DNA of 64,000 nucleotides from Chloroflexota bacterium (lineage in GTDB: Bacteria > Chloroflexota > UBA6077 > CF-72), in contig JACPOP010000008.1 of the NCBI GenBank assembly GCA_016191465.1, positions 113,129-177,128 of the forward strand, written 5' to 3'. This document shows, in pieces, positions 9,580 through 20,396 of this stretch. The notes under the pieces were generated by a model that searched no databases, was not told the DNA's origin, and was given only the letters and a program-made list of their open reading frames with translations. How positions within the stretch are numbered: the first letter of the stretch is position 1; every line of letters starts with the position of its first letter. The position numbers and the translations under genes are program-made.

Positions 9580-10809
9580 TTACCCGAGGTCCAGCGGCAC
9601 GTCCTGCAACAGGCTCGTCGCGGAGACGGGCGAGCTCCCGCGGAAGTAGACGCGCGGGACGCGGGCGCCCAGGCGCACCAGGAGCTCGTGGGGAATGATC
9701 CCAGCGCTCTCGCTGAACGTATCCAGGTCAATCGTGGCGTCGCCCTGCTGTCCCAGCACCACCACCTCGTCGCCGACCTGCACCTCCGGCAGGTGCGTCA
9801 CGTCGGCCATGGCCATGTCCATCGACACCGTGCCCACCAGCGGCGCTCGGCGGCCCCGGATGAGCACCTGGCCGCGATTGGAGCACGCGCGAGGCAGCCC
9901 ATCCGCGTAGCCGCACGAGACCAGCGCGGTTCGCATGGGGCGATCGACCTTGAATGTCCGACCGTAGCCAATGCTGGCACCCACCGGCGGCGTGAGGAGC
10001 CGTGCAACCCGCGACTTCAGCGCCACCGCCCGCCAAAGGCCGCTGTTATGTGGGACGTGCTCAGTGGCGTACGAGCCGGAGAGAGCCAGCCCTGCCCGTA
10101 CCGTGTCGAAGCCCACATCGTCCATGCGCAGCGCGCCGGCCGAATTTGCCACGTGCTTGACACCCAGCTCGTACCCCTCGGTTTCCAATTGGGCTACCAC
10201 GGAGCGGTAGTACGCCACCTGCTGGCGGGAGAACCACAGATCGCGCTCGTCGGCCGAGGCGAAGTGGGTGTAGAACCCGGCGAGGCGTAGGCTTGGGATC
10301 GTCGCCAGTCGACGCACGAGGTCGGCCGCGTCCGCCGGCGCCGCGCCGTAGCGGTTCATGCCGCTATCCACCTTCACTTGCACGTCCGACACCGATCCCT
10401 GCATCTCCGCGGCGCGCGCAAGCGCAGTGAGCCCGATCTCGTCGGCAACGGTCGCTTGCAGGCCGTGGCGGACAACCAGCGGCGCCTCGGCTGGGTGGAT
10501 GCCGCCCATCACCAGGATCGGCGCATCCAGGCCGGTCTGGCGCATCTGGATTCCCTCGGCCACCCGCGCTACCGCTACCCCTCGCGCGCCAGCCTCCATG
10601 GCCGCGCGTGCCACGGCGGTGGCTCCCAGCCCATACGCCTGGGCCTTGACCACCGCGGTGACGCCCAGCCTGGGGCGCGCCGCGCGCGCCAGCACCCTGA
10701 CGTTCTCGGCGACGGCGTCGAGGTCCACTTCGATCCAGCAGGGCCACGGAGCGCGCCCGGCGGCGATCCGCGCGGTGCCCTCGTCGGAGAGCGGGAGGTC
10801 GGCGATCAT
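9580..10809 (-). CDS. alr: Alanine racemase
   Basis: AVVKAQAYGLG (PLP lysine), KVDSGMNRYG, IGYG, GYADG, VSMD. Confidence 0.95.
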   Translation of the reverse strand: MIADLPLSDEGTARIAAGRAPWPCWIEVDLDAVAENVRVLARAARPRLGVTAVVKAQAYGLGATAVARAAMEAGARGVAVARVAEGIQMRQTGLDAPILVMGGIHPAEAPLVVRHGLQATVADEIGLTALARAAEMQGSVSDVQVKVDSGMNRYGAAPADAADLVRRLATIPSLRLAGFYTHFASADERDLWFSRQQVAYYRSVVAQLETEGYELGVKHVANSAGALRMDDVGFDTVRAGLALSGSYATEHVPHNSGLWRAVALKSRVARLLTPPVGASIGYGRTFKVDRPMRTALVSCGYADGLPRACSNRGQVLIRGRRAPLVGTVSMDMAMADVTHLPEVQVGDEVVVLGQQGDATIDLDTFSESAGIIPHELLVRLGARVPRVYFRGSSPVSATSLLQDVPLDLG

Positions 10810-10934
10810 GCGGCAGTCTGCCGGGGCAGGCCGTGTGCCATCGGCCGAGTATAGGACCGGCAGGTTCTGTCACCCTGGGGTGCAGATCGGCCGCGATCCA
10901 GCCCTCACTATTTGCTTTACTTGTTGCCACTTGT

Positions 10935-12413
10935 ATGGGTCAGCCAGAGCAATCCAGGGACGTGGGCGGGCAGATGCCGCCCAAGGACACGCGCGACGGC
11001 GAAGCGTTCTCGCGGTGGTACGTGGCGGCCATCCGCCGCTCGGAGATTGCAGATTACTTCGAGCCCGTCGGCGGCACCATGGTGATCCGTCCGTACGGCT
11101 TCGGCATCTGGGAGAACATGCAGGCCGGCCTGGACCGGCGCTTTAAGGCGACGGGCCACCGAAACGCCTACTTCCCGCTGTTTGTCCCGGAGAGCTTCCT
11201 GCGCAAAGAGGCCAAGCACGTCGAGGGGTTCGCACCGGAAGTAGCGTGGGTCACACACGCAGGCGGGGAGAAGCTGGAAGAGCGCCTGGCGATCCGTCCT
11301 ACCAGTGAAACCATTATTGGCCACTTCTACGCGAAGTGGGTGCAATCGTGGCGCGACCTGCCCGTCCTGATCAACCAGTGGGCCAACGTGGTCCGCTGGG
11401 AGAAGCGCACCGTGTTTTTCCTGCGCACCACCGAGTTCCTGTGGCAAGAGGGCCACACGGCACATCGCACCTACGATGAGGCGCAGGAAGAGACCATGAA
11501 GATGCTCGACGTGTACGCCGAGTTCGCGGAGACGGAGCTGGCGCTGCCCGTCATCAAGGGGCCGAAGACCGAGCGCGAGAAGTTCCCGGGCGCGTTGATG
11601 ACGTACAGCATCGAGGCGCTGATGCCCGACGGGAAGGCGCTCCAGAGCGGCACCAGCCACAACCTGGGCCAGAACTTCGCGCGTGCGTTCGACATCGACT
11701 TCCTGGACCAGGACGGAGAGCGGCGCCACGCCTGGACCACCTCGTGGGGCATGAGCACGCGGATCATGGGCGGCATGCTCATGGCCCACGGTGACGATCA
11801 GGGATTGATCCTGCCACCGCGCATCGCACCCATCCAGGTGATCATCGTGCCCATTCCCGCGAAGAGCGAAGAAGACCAGACGCGTGTCGAAACCGCCGTG
11901 GCAGCGCTGCTGCGCGAGCTGGACGGCGGTGGCGTGAGGGCTGAAGCCGACCGTTCGGACAAGCGTCCGGGCTGGAAATTCAACGAGTGGGAGATGAAGG
12001 GCGTTCCCCTGCGCATCGAGGTGGGGCCGCGCGACCTGGCGAACGACCAGGTAACGCTCGTCCGCCGGGAATCGCGCGCGAAGGAGCAGGTGTCGCTTGA
12101 CGGAGCACCGCGCCGCGCCGCCGACCTGCTCGTAGAGATCCAGGCCGCGCTCCTTGAGCGCGCGCGAACGTTCCGCGAGGCCCACACGGCGACAGTGGAC
12201 GATTACGAGGGCTTCCAAGCCAGCATGGCCGAGCGGCGTGGGTTCCTGCGCGCCTACTGGTGCGGCTCTGCCGAGTGCGAGGCCCGCATCAAGGATGCGA
12301 CCAGGGCGACGATTCGAGTGATACCGGCAGACGCCGAAGCCGACGGTCCGGGAGCATGCGTCTACGATGGTGCCCCGGCGGAGCGTCGCGTCCTATTCGC
12401 CCAGGCGTACTGA
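10935..12413 (+). CDS. proS: Proline--tRNA ligase (archaeal/eukaryotic type)
   Basis: IRPTSET, QWANVVRWE, EFLWQEGHT, GTSHNLGQNF, C-terminal AQAY; start uncertain (10935 or 10974). Confidence 0.95.
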   Translation: MGQPEQSRDVGGQMPPKDTRDGEAFSRWYVAAIRRSEIADYFEPVGGTMVIRPYGFGIWENMQAGLDRRFKATGHRNAYFPLFVPESFLRKEAKHVEGFAPEVAWVTHAGGEKLEERLAIRPTSETIIGHFYAKWVQSWRDLPVLINQWANVVRWEKRTVFFLRTTEFLWQEGHTAHRTYDEAQEETMKMLDVYAEFAETELALPVIKGPKTEREKFPGALMTYSIEALMPDGKALQSGTSHNLGQNFARAFDIDFLDQDGERRHAWTTSWGMSTRIMGGMLMAHGDDQGLILPPRIAPIQVIIVPIPAKSEEDQTRVETAVAALLRELDGGGVRAEADRSDKRPGWKFNEWEMKGVPLRIEVGPRDLANDQVTLVRRESRAKEQVSLDGAPRRAADLLVEIQAALLERARTFREAHTATVDDYEGFQASMAERRGFLRAYWCGSAECEARIKDATRATIRVIPADAEADGPGACVYDGAPAERRVLFAQAY

Positions 12414-12424
12414 AGGGCACCGGT

Positions 12425-13363
12425 ATGGCACCCCGGTCCGCAGACGAACAGCAGAACTTTGACGCCGCGCTGGCGGCGATCGCCCGCGAGGAACCACTCA
12501 CCGAGGAACACCAGGACGCGCTCTCGCTCTCGCTTGCGGATGATGGCGACGTGGAGGCGTTCCGCGACGTGTGGAGCAAGCTGTCCGCGCCCGCCCGCGC
12601 CCGCGCGATCCGCTCGTTACGGAACGCCGCGGAGGCGCGCCTGCGGCTGGACTACAGTGCGCTGAACCTGCTGGCGCTCGCCGACGCCGACCCGCAGGTG
12701 CGCATCGCCGGCATTGAGGCGGCCCTGGAGGACCGAGGTCCGGCGCTCTTCCAACGGCTGCTGCAGATGGTGCAGACAGACCCGGTCGGCGCGGTGCGGC
12801 GAGCGGCCGCTGAAGACCTGGCGCGCTTCGCGCTGTTCGCCGAGCTCGAGGACCTGGATCAGCCTGATGTTGCAGCTCTGCGCACCACGCTCTTCCAGGC
12901 AGTGCGCAATCAGCAGGAGGAGCCCGGTGTCCGCCAGGCCGCGCTGGGTGCGCTCGGCTACTTCTCCGATGAGGCCGTTGCCGAGGAGCTGGCCGCCGGC
13001 TTCGGCGAGCGTGACCTGCGTGTCGGAGCCGTGCGTGGCATGGGGCGCTCGGCCGACCCGCGCTGGACGGATCGTCTGCTGCCGGTCCTGGGCAGCGAGG
13101 ACCCCGACCTGCGCGCCGAAGCGGCGAAGGCCCTGGGCGAAATCGAGGAGGAGCGCGCCGTGGGCCCGCTCGCAGAGCTCGTCGACGACCCGGACGAGGA
13201 CGTGAGGGTCGCGGCAGTCCATGCGCTAGCCGTCATCGGCGGCGAAGAGGCGCGTGAAGCGCTCCTGTACCTGCTGGAGGACCCAAACCAGAAGGTCCGC
13301 GACGCCGCCGAACATGGCATCTCGAACCTGGAGACCGACGAGGACGACGGCCTCGACACCTGA
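12425..13363 (+). CDS. HEAT-repeat protein
   Basis: Recurrent D-P-x-V-R-x-A-A-x-x-L helices; ATG 12 nt after proS stop. Confidence 0.88.
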   Translation: MAPRSADEQQNFDAALAAIAREEPLTEEHQDALSLSLADDGDVEAFRDVWSKLSAPARARAIRSLRNAAEARLRLDYSALNLLALADADPQVRIAGIEAALEDRGPALFQRLLQMVQTDPVGAVRRAAAEDLARFALFAELEDLDQPDVAALRTTLFQAVRNQQEEPGVRQAALGALGYFSDEAVAEELAAGFGERDLRVGAVRGMGRSADPRWTDRLLPVLGSEDPDLRAEAAKALGEIEEERAVGPLAELVDDPDEDVRVAAVHALAVIGGEEAREALLYLLEDPNQKVRDAAEHGISNLETDEDDGLDT

Positions 13364-13526
13364 GCAAGCGCGGATCGCCTGCTCCATTCGCGTGAGCGGC
13401 CTGACGTTCCGTGTACAGCAGGCGACGGCAGCCGGCAGGGTGCGTCCCTCCGAGGAAGCAACACATGTCGTCTATGAGGGCTGTTGCCCCTCTGGACGGT
13501 GACGGCCGGTCTATAACCTGGAAGCC

Positions 13527-14231
13527 GTGGACCTCCCCAATGCCTCACTACGGGTGGTGCTTAACTTTGTGGCTGGCAATGTCGGCGCCGCCGTAGCTGA
13601 GTCTCGGCGGCTGGTCAAGCTGCTCCGGAGATCGCTGGACGGGTTTGGTTCTGCGGAACCAGCCCCGACACAAGTTCGCACTTCAGATCCTGAGAGTCCG
13701 GAAAACTGGATCGGCCTCGACTACATTCATGACCAAGTCGTCGCCCAAATGGAGGAGCAATCGAAACTCTGGGAGAACGCAGATGGCCGACTGCGGCTGA
13801 TCCTCGGGGTCATCGGCATCGTCTTCGCTGCGGTCTTGGGGCTGCTGCCTCGGGGCACCATCACCGTGATGACGGCTGCCGGGCCCATCACGGAGCCGCA
13901 GTACGTCCCGTTCTGGACCGGTTCTGCCGCCATTGCTGCAATCGGCTGCTTCGCTACTGCCGGCGTGATTGCGACTGTGGCCTACTGGCCGCGCGATTTC
14001 AACTGGCCGCCCGCGCCTGACTCGCTTCGGAAATACCTCACCACTGATCCCCGCGAAATCAAGCTGACGGTGCTCGACGAGATGTTGACAGCCTATGACC
14101 AGAACAGGGTATGGCTGGGGCGGAAGTTTGTCGCGTTCCGATGGGCATTTTCATTGACGGCGATAGCCACGGCCCTCTTGGGGGTGGCCGTTATCATGCA
14201 GATACTGGTTTCCACGAGAGCACCGGGGTAG
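13527..14231 (+). CDS. Three-TM hypothetical protein with Pycsar-effector (PycTM/DUF5706)-like topology
   Basis: Helix-ADGR-TM1, TM2 ending WPR, N..K-TM3; codon usage less GC-skewed than flanks; family assignment is by pattern only. Confidence 0.6.
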   Translation: MDLPNASLRVVLNFVAGNVGAAVAESRRLVKLLRRSLDGFGSAEPAPTQVRTSDPESPENWIGLDYIHDQVVAQMEEQSKLWENADGRLRLILGVIGIVFAAVLGLLPRGTITVMTAAGPITEPQYVPFWTGSAAIAAIGCFATAGVIATVAYWPRDFNWPPAPDSLRKYLTTDPREIKLTVLDEMLTAYDQNRVWLGRKFVAFRWAFSLTAIATALLGVAVIMQILVSTRAPG

Positions 14232-14242
14232 GAGCGCAAACC

Positions 14243-14434
14243 ATGGCCACATCCACCAAGCAAGTTCCCGCCAAACGCCGCGACCCAGACATGGCGAACT
14301 TCATCTACAAGGGTGAGACTGGGCCCCAGAGCCCCAACAAGACAGGGAAGCGAGATCGAGACACACGAACGGGAGGTCGCGCCACAATGCCCTCGTCCTC
14401 GCACACCGATCGAGCAAGGTTTGATGGCCGATAA
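14243..14434 (+). CDS. 63-aa micropeptide
   Basis: AGGAG RBS at the upstream stop; shares an RxDxxMANxxxK[GS] motif with the next ORF. Confidence 0.5.
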   Translation: MATSTKQVPAKRRDPDMANFIYKGETGPQSPNKTGKRDRDTRTGGRATMPSSSHTDRARFDGR

Positions 14435-14573
14435 AGCCTCACCAGAAACTCCGAAGCCTCAGGCCTCGGTATCGACGCCGGTTAGCCGGCCCGTGCCTCA
14501 GCCTCGCGAGGACGCCACAATGGCAAATGTGTCCAAGAAGAGTCAGGACGACAAAATCCTTCGGAGGCGCTAG
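14424..14573 (+). CDS. 49-aa Pro-rich micropeptide
   Basis: Overlaps the previous ORF end; PQPREDATMANVSKKS motif. Confidence 0.55.
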   Translation: MADKASPETPKPQASVSTPVSRPVPQPREDATMANVSKKSQDDKILRRR

Positions 14574-14796
14574 CCACAACGGGCTCGGCAGTAGAGAATT
14601 TCTGTTCGCAGCGTCGGGAGGGACTGCATCGCCATCCGACCAGCCATTGGCGATGCGCCCCTGTCAGCGTTCCGGATGCAGGGGGCTGCGCGGTCGAGGG
14701 GTGAGTGAATCATTGACAGACCGGCCTGTTGCAGAGTTGGCTGCCCGGTACCGCACTCCCGCTTGCCCGGCGACGCGAACCGGTTGAGCCAGCCCT

Positions 14797-15873
14797 CTAG
14801 ATCGCCGGCATCCCAGCCCCCACGGGGCTCGTTTGCGCACGCTGCAGGATCTCGTCCCAGAAGTGGCAGGCGACCTGGTGCTTGCTCTCGACCTCGATCA
14901 GCGGCGGCTCCTTCTCGCGGCAGAGGTCCTGGGCGAAGGGGCAGCGCGGATGGAAGCGGCAGCCGGTTGGCGGGTTCACGGGGCTCGGGACGTCGCCGGT
15001 CAGGATGATCCGCTGGCGCTTGCGCTCGATGGTCGGGTCCGGGATCGGGACCGCCGAAAGCAGCGCTTTCGTGTACGGGTGAAGCGGCCGCTCGTAGAGC
15101 ACCGCCTGGTCCGCTACCTCCACGATCTTGCCGACGTACATGACCGCGACCCGGTCCGAGATGTGGCGGACCACGCTCAGATCGTGGGCGATGAACAGGT
15201 AGGTCAGGTTGAACTGGGCCTGCAAGTCTTCGAGCAGGTTGATGACCTGGGCCTGGATGGAGACGTCGAGCGCCGAAATGGGCTCGTCGCAGACGATGAA
15301 TGCGGGCTCCACTGCCAGCGCACGGGCGATGCCGATGCGCTGCCGCTGGCCGCCGGAGAACTCGTGGGGGTAGCGGTTGGCGAAGTACGGGTTGAGCCCG
15401 ACCACACGCAGCAGCTCCTGCACGCGCTCCTGCTTGGCCTTGCCGCGGGCGAGGTTGTGGATCTCCAGGGGCTCGCCAATGATGCTGCCCACCGTCATCC
15501 GCGGGTTCAGGCTCGCGTACGGGTCCTGAAAGATCATCTGCATCTCACGACGCATCCGCCGCAAGTCGCCGCCGCCGAGCTTGGTGAGCTCCTTGCCCAT
15601 GAAGTTGACGCTGCCGCCGCTAGGCTTGTAGAGCTGCAAGATGGCGCGGCCGGTGGTGCTCTTGCCGCACCCGGATTCACCAACCAGGCCCAGTGTCTCG
15701 CCCTTCTTCACGGTGAACGAGATATCGTCCACCGCACGCACCCAGCCGACCTGCCGCTGCAGGATCAGCCCCTTGGTGATCGGAAAGTACATCTTCAGGT
15801 TCTCGACCCGAAGCAGATCCTGCTCGGCAGCTCCGTTGGCGGGCGCCTGGCTGGGAGAAATGGCAGTCGCCAT
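14797..15873 (-). CDS. oppF: Oligopeptide/dipeptide ABC ATP-binding protein (OppF/AppF)
   Basis: [26 protein letters not shown]-terminal GCRFHPRC. Confidence 0.93.
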   Translation of the reverse strand: MATAISPSQAPANGAAEQDLLRVENLKMYFPITKGLILQRQVGWVRAVDDISFTVKKGETLGLVGESGCGKSTTGRAILQLYKPSGGSVNFMGKELTKLGGGDLRRMRREMQMIFQDPYASLNPRMTVGSIIGEPLEIHNLARGKAKQERVQELLRVVGLNPYFANRYPHEFSGGQRQRIGIARALAVEPAFIVCDEPISALDVSIQAQVINLLEDLQAQFNLTYLFIAHDLSVVRHISDRVAVMYVGKIVEVADQAVLYERPLHPYTKALLSAVPIPDPTIERKRQRIILTGDVPSPVNPPTGCRFHPRCPFAQDLCREKEPPLIEVESKHQVACHFWDEILQRAQTSPVGAGMPAI

Positions 15874-15896
15874 GGTTGATCGTCTTCCTCCTGGAC

Positions 15897-16949
15897 CTAG
15901 ACGCCCTGCGCGACGGGCGATTCTGCATGCGGCTCGCGGCCGCCTGTTACGTCAACCCAGCACGCGATGCGATGGCCAGGCACAACCGGCTCCAGGCTGG
16001 GATTCTCCGGTACGCACCGCTCCACGGAGTACGGGCAGCGCGGCTGGAACGGACAACCGGGTGGCGCGTCCACCAGGTCCGGCGGCAGGCCCTCGATGGG
16101 AATGAGTTTTTCGCCCTTGACCTGGTCCAGGCGCGGGATGGACCGCAGCAGGCCCAGCGTGTACGGGTGGCGGGGGTTGTGGAAGAGCTCGTCCACTGTC
16201 CCCGTCTCGACCACGTAGCCCGCGTACATCACGTTGATGCGGTCGGCGATGCCCGCCACCACGCCGAGGTCGTGGGTGATCATGATGAGCGCCATCCCGA
16301 GCTCCTCGCGGAGGCGCTTGAGCAGGTCCAGGATCTGCGCCTGGATGGTCACGTCCAGCGCGGTCGTCGGCTCGTCGGCGATCAGCAGCTTTGGCTCGCA
16401 CGACAGGGCCATGGCAATCATCACGCGCTGCCGCATGCCGCCGGAGAACTGGTGCGGATAGTCGTCGATACGGCTCTTGGCGGAGGGAATGCCCACCAGC
16501 TCCAGCAGCTCGACGGTTCGCTTGCGTGCGTCGCCGCGACTCATGTGCTTATGCAGCTCGAGCGCCTCGCTAATCTGGCGCCCGATCGTGAGCACCGGGT
16601 TGAGCGATGTCATGGGGTCCTGGAAGATCATGGCGATGTCGTTGCCACGGATCTTCCGCATGTCGTCCTCTTTGATTTTCAGAAGGTCCCGCCCCTCGAA
16701 CAGGACGCTGCCACTGGTGATCCTGCCTGGCGGCGTCGGGATCAGGCGCATGAGAGACAGCGCGCTGACGCTCTTGCCACAGCCGGACTCGCCAACAAGC
16801 CCGAGCGCTTCACCCTCGTTGAGCGTGAACGACACGCCGTTCACGGCCTTCACGACGCCGTCCTGCGTGAAGAACTGCGTTCGGAGGTCCGTGACTTCCA
16901 GTAATGGGCGCTTCACCCCAGCGCCAATAGTCATCGATTCCGTGGCCAC
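15897..16949 (-). CDS. oppD: Oligopeptide/dipeptide ABC ATP-binding protein (OppD/AppD)
   Basis: [32 protein letters not shown]. Confidence 0.93.
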   Translation of the reverse strand: MATESMTIGAGVKRPLLEVTDLRTQFFTQDGVVKAVNGVSFTLNEGEALGLVGESGCGKSVSALSLMRLIPTPPGRITSGSVLFEGRDLLKIKEDDMRKIRGNDIAMIFQDPMTSLNPVLTIGRQISEALELHKHMSRGDARKRTVELLELVGIPSAKSRIDDYPHQFSGGMRQRVMIAMALSCEPKLLIADEPTTALDVTIQAQILDLLKRLREELGMALIMITHDLGVVAGIADRINVMYAGYVVETGTVDELFHNPRHPYTLGLLRSIPRLDQVKGEKLIPIEGLPPDLVDAPPGCPFQPRCPYSVERCVPENPSLEPVVPGHRIACWVDVTGGREPHAESPVAQGV

Positions 16950-17042
16950 GGTCCTGTTTCTCTCTCCTCGCTCAGCAACCCGTCCAGCCGTCAGGCCGGC
17001 CGGGCGGGAACATCGCCGCCCCCGCGGGCCGGCTGAGTGTAC

Positions 17043-18557
17043 TCATTCTTCGCTTCCCGCGGCGCCCCAGCGCAGGATCGGCTTCCGCGCCGCCGTCACC
17101 TCATCCAGCCGGCCGACAGGCTGGAGGTGCGGTGCCGCGCGAAGCAGCTCCGGATCGTCGGCTGCCTCTTCGGCAATCCGACGCATGACGCGAACAAACC
17201 GGTCGAGCGTTGCCTTCGATTCTGTCTCGGTTGGCTCGATCATCAGCGCTTCTTCCACATTGAGCGGAAAGTAGATCGTCGGCGGGTGGATGCCGTAGTC
17301 AATCAGGCGCTTCGCCACGTCCAGCGTGCGAACGCCGTGCTGCTCGCGCAAGCGCCTGCCCGAGATTACCAGCTCGTGCATACACGTGCGATCGTAGGCG
17401 AGGTCGTACAGGTCGGCGAGGCACGCGCGCAGGTAGTTGGCATTGAGCACGGCCGTCTGACTCACCTGGCGCAAGCCATCCTCGCCATGCATGCGAATGT
17501 AGGTGTAGGCGCGCGCCAGGATACCGAAGTGTCCCTGAAAGCCCTTGAGCCTGCCAATGCTCTTCGGGCGATGGTGTACCAGCGCAAATGAGCCGTCGTC
17601 GCCTTGAACAACCAGGGGAGTGGGCAAGTACGGCTCGAGGAGCTCGCTCACCACAACCGGCCCAGCGCCTGGGCCGCCAGCGCCGTGCGGCGTCGAGAAC
17701 GTCTTGTGGACGTTGATGTGCAGGCAGTCAAAGCCCATCTCCGCCGGCTTGACCACGCCCAGGATCGCATTCAGGTTCGCGCCATCCCCGTAGACGAGCC
17801 CGCCCGCGGCGTGAACGATGCTCGTCACCTCTTGGAGATGGCGCTCGAACAGGCCGAGCGTGTTCGGGTTCGTCAGCATCATGCCGGCTACGGTGTCGTC
17901 GCACTCGGCGCGCAGCCGGTCCAGGTCTACCTCGCCGTGCGCGTCGGTGGGAATGGCCACGGTGTAGTAGCCGCACATGGCCGCCGTCGCCGGGTTCGTG
18001 CCGTGGGCGGAATCGGGCACCAGCACTTTCTTGCGGCGCGCATCCCCCCGATCCACGTGGTAGGCCCGGATCATCAACATCCCCGCCAGCTCGCCCTGGG
18101 CTCCAGCAGCAGGCTGCAGGGTGGCGGATTCGAAGCCGGTGATCTCCGTCAGCGCCTGCTGAAGGCGGTACAGCAGCTCGAGCGCGCCCTGCACAGTTTC
18201 GTCCGGCTGGAGCGGGTGCACGTGCGCGATGCCGGGCAGCCGGGCGACGTCTTCGTTCACCCGTGGGTTGTATTTCATCGTGCACGAGCCCAGCGGGTAG
18301 AAGACGCTATCGATGCACACATTGCGCTGCGCCAGGTGGGTGTAGTGGCGGACGACGTCCAGCTCGCCGATCTCGGGGAGTGGCAGGTCCTCACGCAACA
18401 GGACCGCGTCGAGCGAATCCGCCTCAGGCACGTCAAGCGTGGGCAGGCGGTAGCCGGGCGCGCCGGCGTGCGACAGCTCGGAAAGCAGCGGTTCCGGCTG
18501 GGGACCCGCCGTCACAACCGTGCGGGCGCTTTCCAGATCCGGCATCGCGGCGATCAC
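17043..18557 (-). CDS. gcvPB: Glycine dehydrogenase subunit 2
   Basis: [39 protein letters not shown]. Confidence 0.96.
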   Translation of the reverse strand: MIAAMPDLESARTVVTAGPQPEPLLSELSHAGAPGYRLPTLDVPEADSLDAVLLREDLPLPEIGELDVVRHYTHLAQRNVCIDSVFYPLGSCTMKYNPRVNEDVARLPGIAHVHPLQPDETVQGALELLYRLQQALTEITGFESATLQPAAGAQGELAGMLMIRAYHVDRGDARRKKVLVPDSAHGTNPATAAMCGYYTVAIPTDAHGEVDLDRLRAECDDTVAGMMLTNPNTLGLFERHLQEVTSIVHAAGGLVYGDGANLNAILGVVKPAEMGFDCLHINVHKTFSTPHGAGGPGAGPVVVSELLEPYLPTPLVVQGDDGSFALVHHRPKSIGRLKGFQGHFGILARAYTYIRMHGEDGLRQVSQTAVLNANYLRACLADLYDLAYDRTCMHELVISGRRLREQHGVRTLDVAKRLIDYGIHPPTIYFPLNVEEALMIEPTETESKATLDRFVRVMRRIAEEAADDPELLRAAPHLQPVGRLDEVTAARKPILRWGAAGSEE

Positions 18558-19909
18558 GCGCCCACCTCGGCGAGCGCCTGTACCAGCGCGTCAATCTCCT
18601 CGCGGTTGTTCATCTCGGTAAACGCCAGCAGGAGTCCGTCCGGGTACGCGCCGTCCAGAGACCGAGCCGGAACTCCACCGAGGATCTGACGCTCCACGAG
18701 GTGGTGCCGGGCCGCTTCGCCGCCGACCGGCCCAAGGATGAGAAGCTCGTTGTAAAAGGGTGCCGGCGTTGCCACGCGGAACGCAGTTCGCGCCGCGATC
18801 TCGGCCGCGGCATACGCGGCGTATGCCCGAGACTGCCGGGCAACCTCCCGCAGCCCCTCCGGACCAAGGAGCGACAGGTACGCGCTGACTCCGATGGCCA
18901 GCAGCGTCTGGGAGGTGCAGATGTTGGAGGTGGCCTTCTCGCGGCGGATGTGCTGCTCGCGGGCCTGAAGCGTCAGCACCCAGCCGCGCCGGCCGTCGTG
19001 GTCTGTGGTCTGGCCGGCGATGCGGCCGGGCAACTGCCGCAGATGCCGGCTCTTACAGGCCATCAGCCCGGCCCAAGGACCGCCAAACTGGAGCGGTAGC
19101 CCCAGCGGCTGCCCTTCCGCCACGGCGATGTCCGCCCCCCAGGCGCCCGGCGTCCGCAGGAGTGCGTAGCAAGTGGGGTCCGCGGTGGCAACCACCAGCA
19201 GCGCGCCGGCTTCGCGCGCTGCCGCGGCAACGGGAGCAAGGTCATGCACACGCCCGAACGCGTCCGGCTGCATGACTACGACGCACGCCGTGCGTGCGTC
19301 GACCAGCCCCGCAACCTGGTCGGCGACCAAGGCGCCTGATGCGCCCAGGGCCACCTCAGACGTGGCGACCTCCACGCCGCGCGCCGCCACGTAGCTCTGG
19401 ATGACCTCTCGCCACTGCGGGTTCAGCGCTCCAGACAGGACGACCCGTTCGCGGCGGGTGATCCGCTGCGCCATGAGCACGGCCTCGCCCGCGGCCGAAG
19501 CGCCGTCGTAGACGCTCGCGTTCGCCGCCTCCATGCCGAGCAGGTCGCACACCAGCGATTGAAACTCAAACATCGCCTGGAGGGTGCCCTGGCTCACTTC
19601 GGGCTGATATGGCGTGTACGCGGTAGCGAGCTGCGGCATCCCCATCACGTGGCTCACCACCGACGGGCTGGCGTGGTTGTACGCGCCCGCGCCAAGGAAG
19701 CACGGCCAGTCGCGGACCGTGACGTTCCGCGCCGCAAGGCGCCCGACGTGGCGCTGGACCTCCACTTCGGAGAGCGCCGGTGGCAGGTCCAGGCGGGGGA
19801 ACCGCGCATCCGCGGGGACGTCGGCGAACAGGTCTTCGATCGATCCCACGCCGATCGTCTGGAGCATGGCCTCACGGTCCAGGTCCGTGAGCTGGGTGAA
19901 CGTAGGCAT
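18554..19909 (-). CDS. gcvPA: Glycine dehydrogenase subunit 1
   Basis: [32 protein letters not shown]. Confidence 0.96.
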   Translation of the reverse strand: MPTFTQLTDLDREAMLQTIGVGSIEDLFADVPADARFPRLDLPPALSEVEVQRHVGRLAARNVTVRDWPCFLGAGAYNHASPSVVSHVMGMPQLATAYTPYQPEVSQGTLQAMFEFQSLVCDLLGMEAANASVYDGASAAGEAVLMAQRITRRERVVLSGALNPQWREVIQSYVAARGVEVATSEVALGASGALVADQVAGLVDARTACVVVMQPDAFGRVHDLAPVAAAAREAGALLVVATADPTCYALLRTPGAWGADIAVAEGQPLGLPLQFGGPWAGLMACKSRHLRQLPGRIAGQTTDHDGRRGWVLTLQAREQHIRREKATSNICTSQTLLAIGVSAYLSLLGPEGLREVARQSRAYAAYAAAEIAARTAFRVATPAPFYNELLILGPVGGEAARHHLVERQILGGVPARSLDGAYPDGLLLAFTEMNNREEIDALVQALAEVGA

Positions 19910-19968
19910 TCGCCGGGAGTCTCGTCTATTGATGCTCTCGGCGAAAAGTGACGGTTGCGGCGCGGGGC

Positions 19969-20367
19969 CTACTCACCTATCTGGTCGGCGTACTGCTCTG
20001 CCGAAAGCAGCCCCTCGGAGGGAGTACCCTCGGCCTTTACGCGGATCATCCAGCCGCCCTGGTACGGGTCGTCGTTGACGATCTGCGGCTCGTCAACCAG
20101 CGCCGCGTTGACCTCAAGCACTTCCCCGGAAACCGGTGCGTACAGATCTGATGCTGTTTTCACGGATTCCACGACGCCGAACGGTTGGCCTGCCTCGATC
20201 CGGTCCCCTACCTTTGGCAGCTCCACGTACACAATGTCGCCGAGCTGCTCCTGGGCGAAGCTGGTGATGCCGACGAGGAACGTGTCGTCAGCATCTTCCT
20301 GCTTGATCCACTCGTGTTCGGCGGTGTAACGACGGTCAGTCGGGGTGGTGTGGGCGTCCTGGTCCAT
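19969..20367 (-). CDS. gcvH: Glycine cleavage H protein
   Basis: YTAEHEW, GITSFAQEQLGDIVYV, VESVKTAS (lipoyl Lys); true start is ATG 20367, not the ORF-track start. Confidence 0.95.
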   Translation of the reverse strand: MDQDAHTTPTDRRYTAEHEWIKQEDADDTFLVGITSFAQEQLGDIVYVELPKVGDRIEAGQPFGVVESVKTASDLYAPVSGEVLEVNAALVDEPQIVNDDPYQGGWMIRVKAEGTPSEGLLSAEQYADQIGE

Positions 20368-20396
20368 GCTTCGTTCGTCTCCGCTTGGGATGGCGC

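Noticed and set aside
10917-12218. Long antisense or alternative-frame ORFs (e.g. opposite proS, oppDF, sufS, groEL)
   Set aside because: Expected shadow ORFs in high-GC DNA; they have no motifs and lie opposite well-identified genes.
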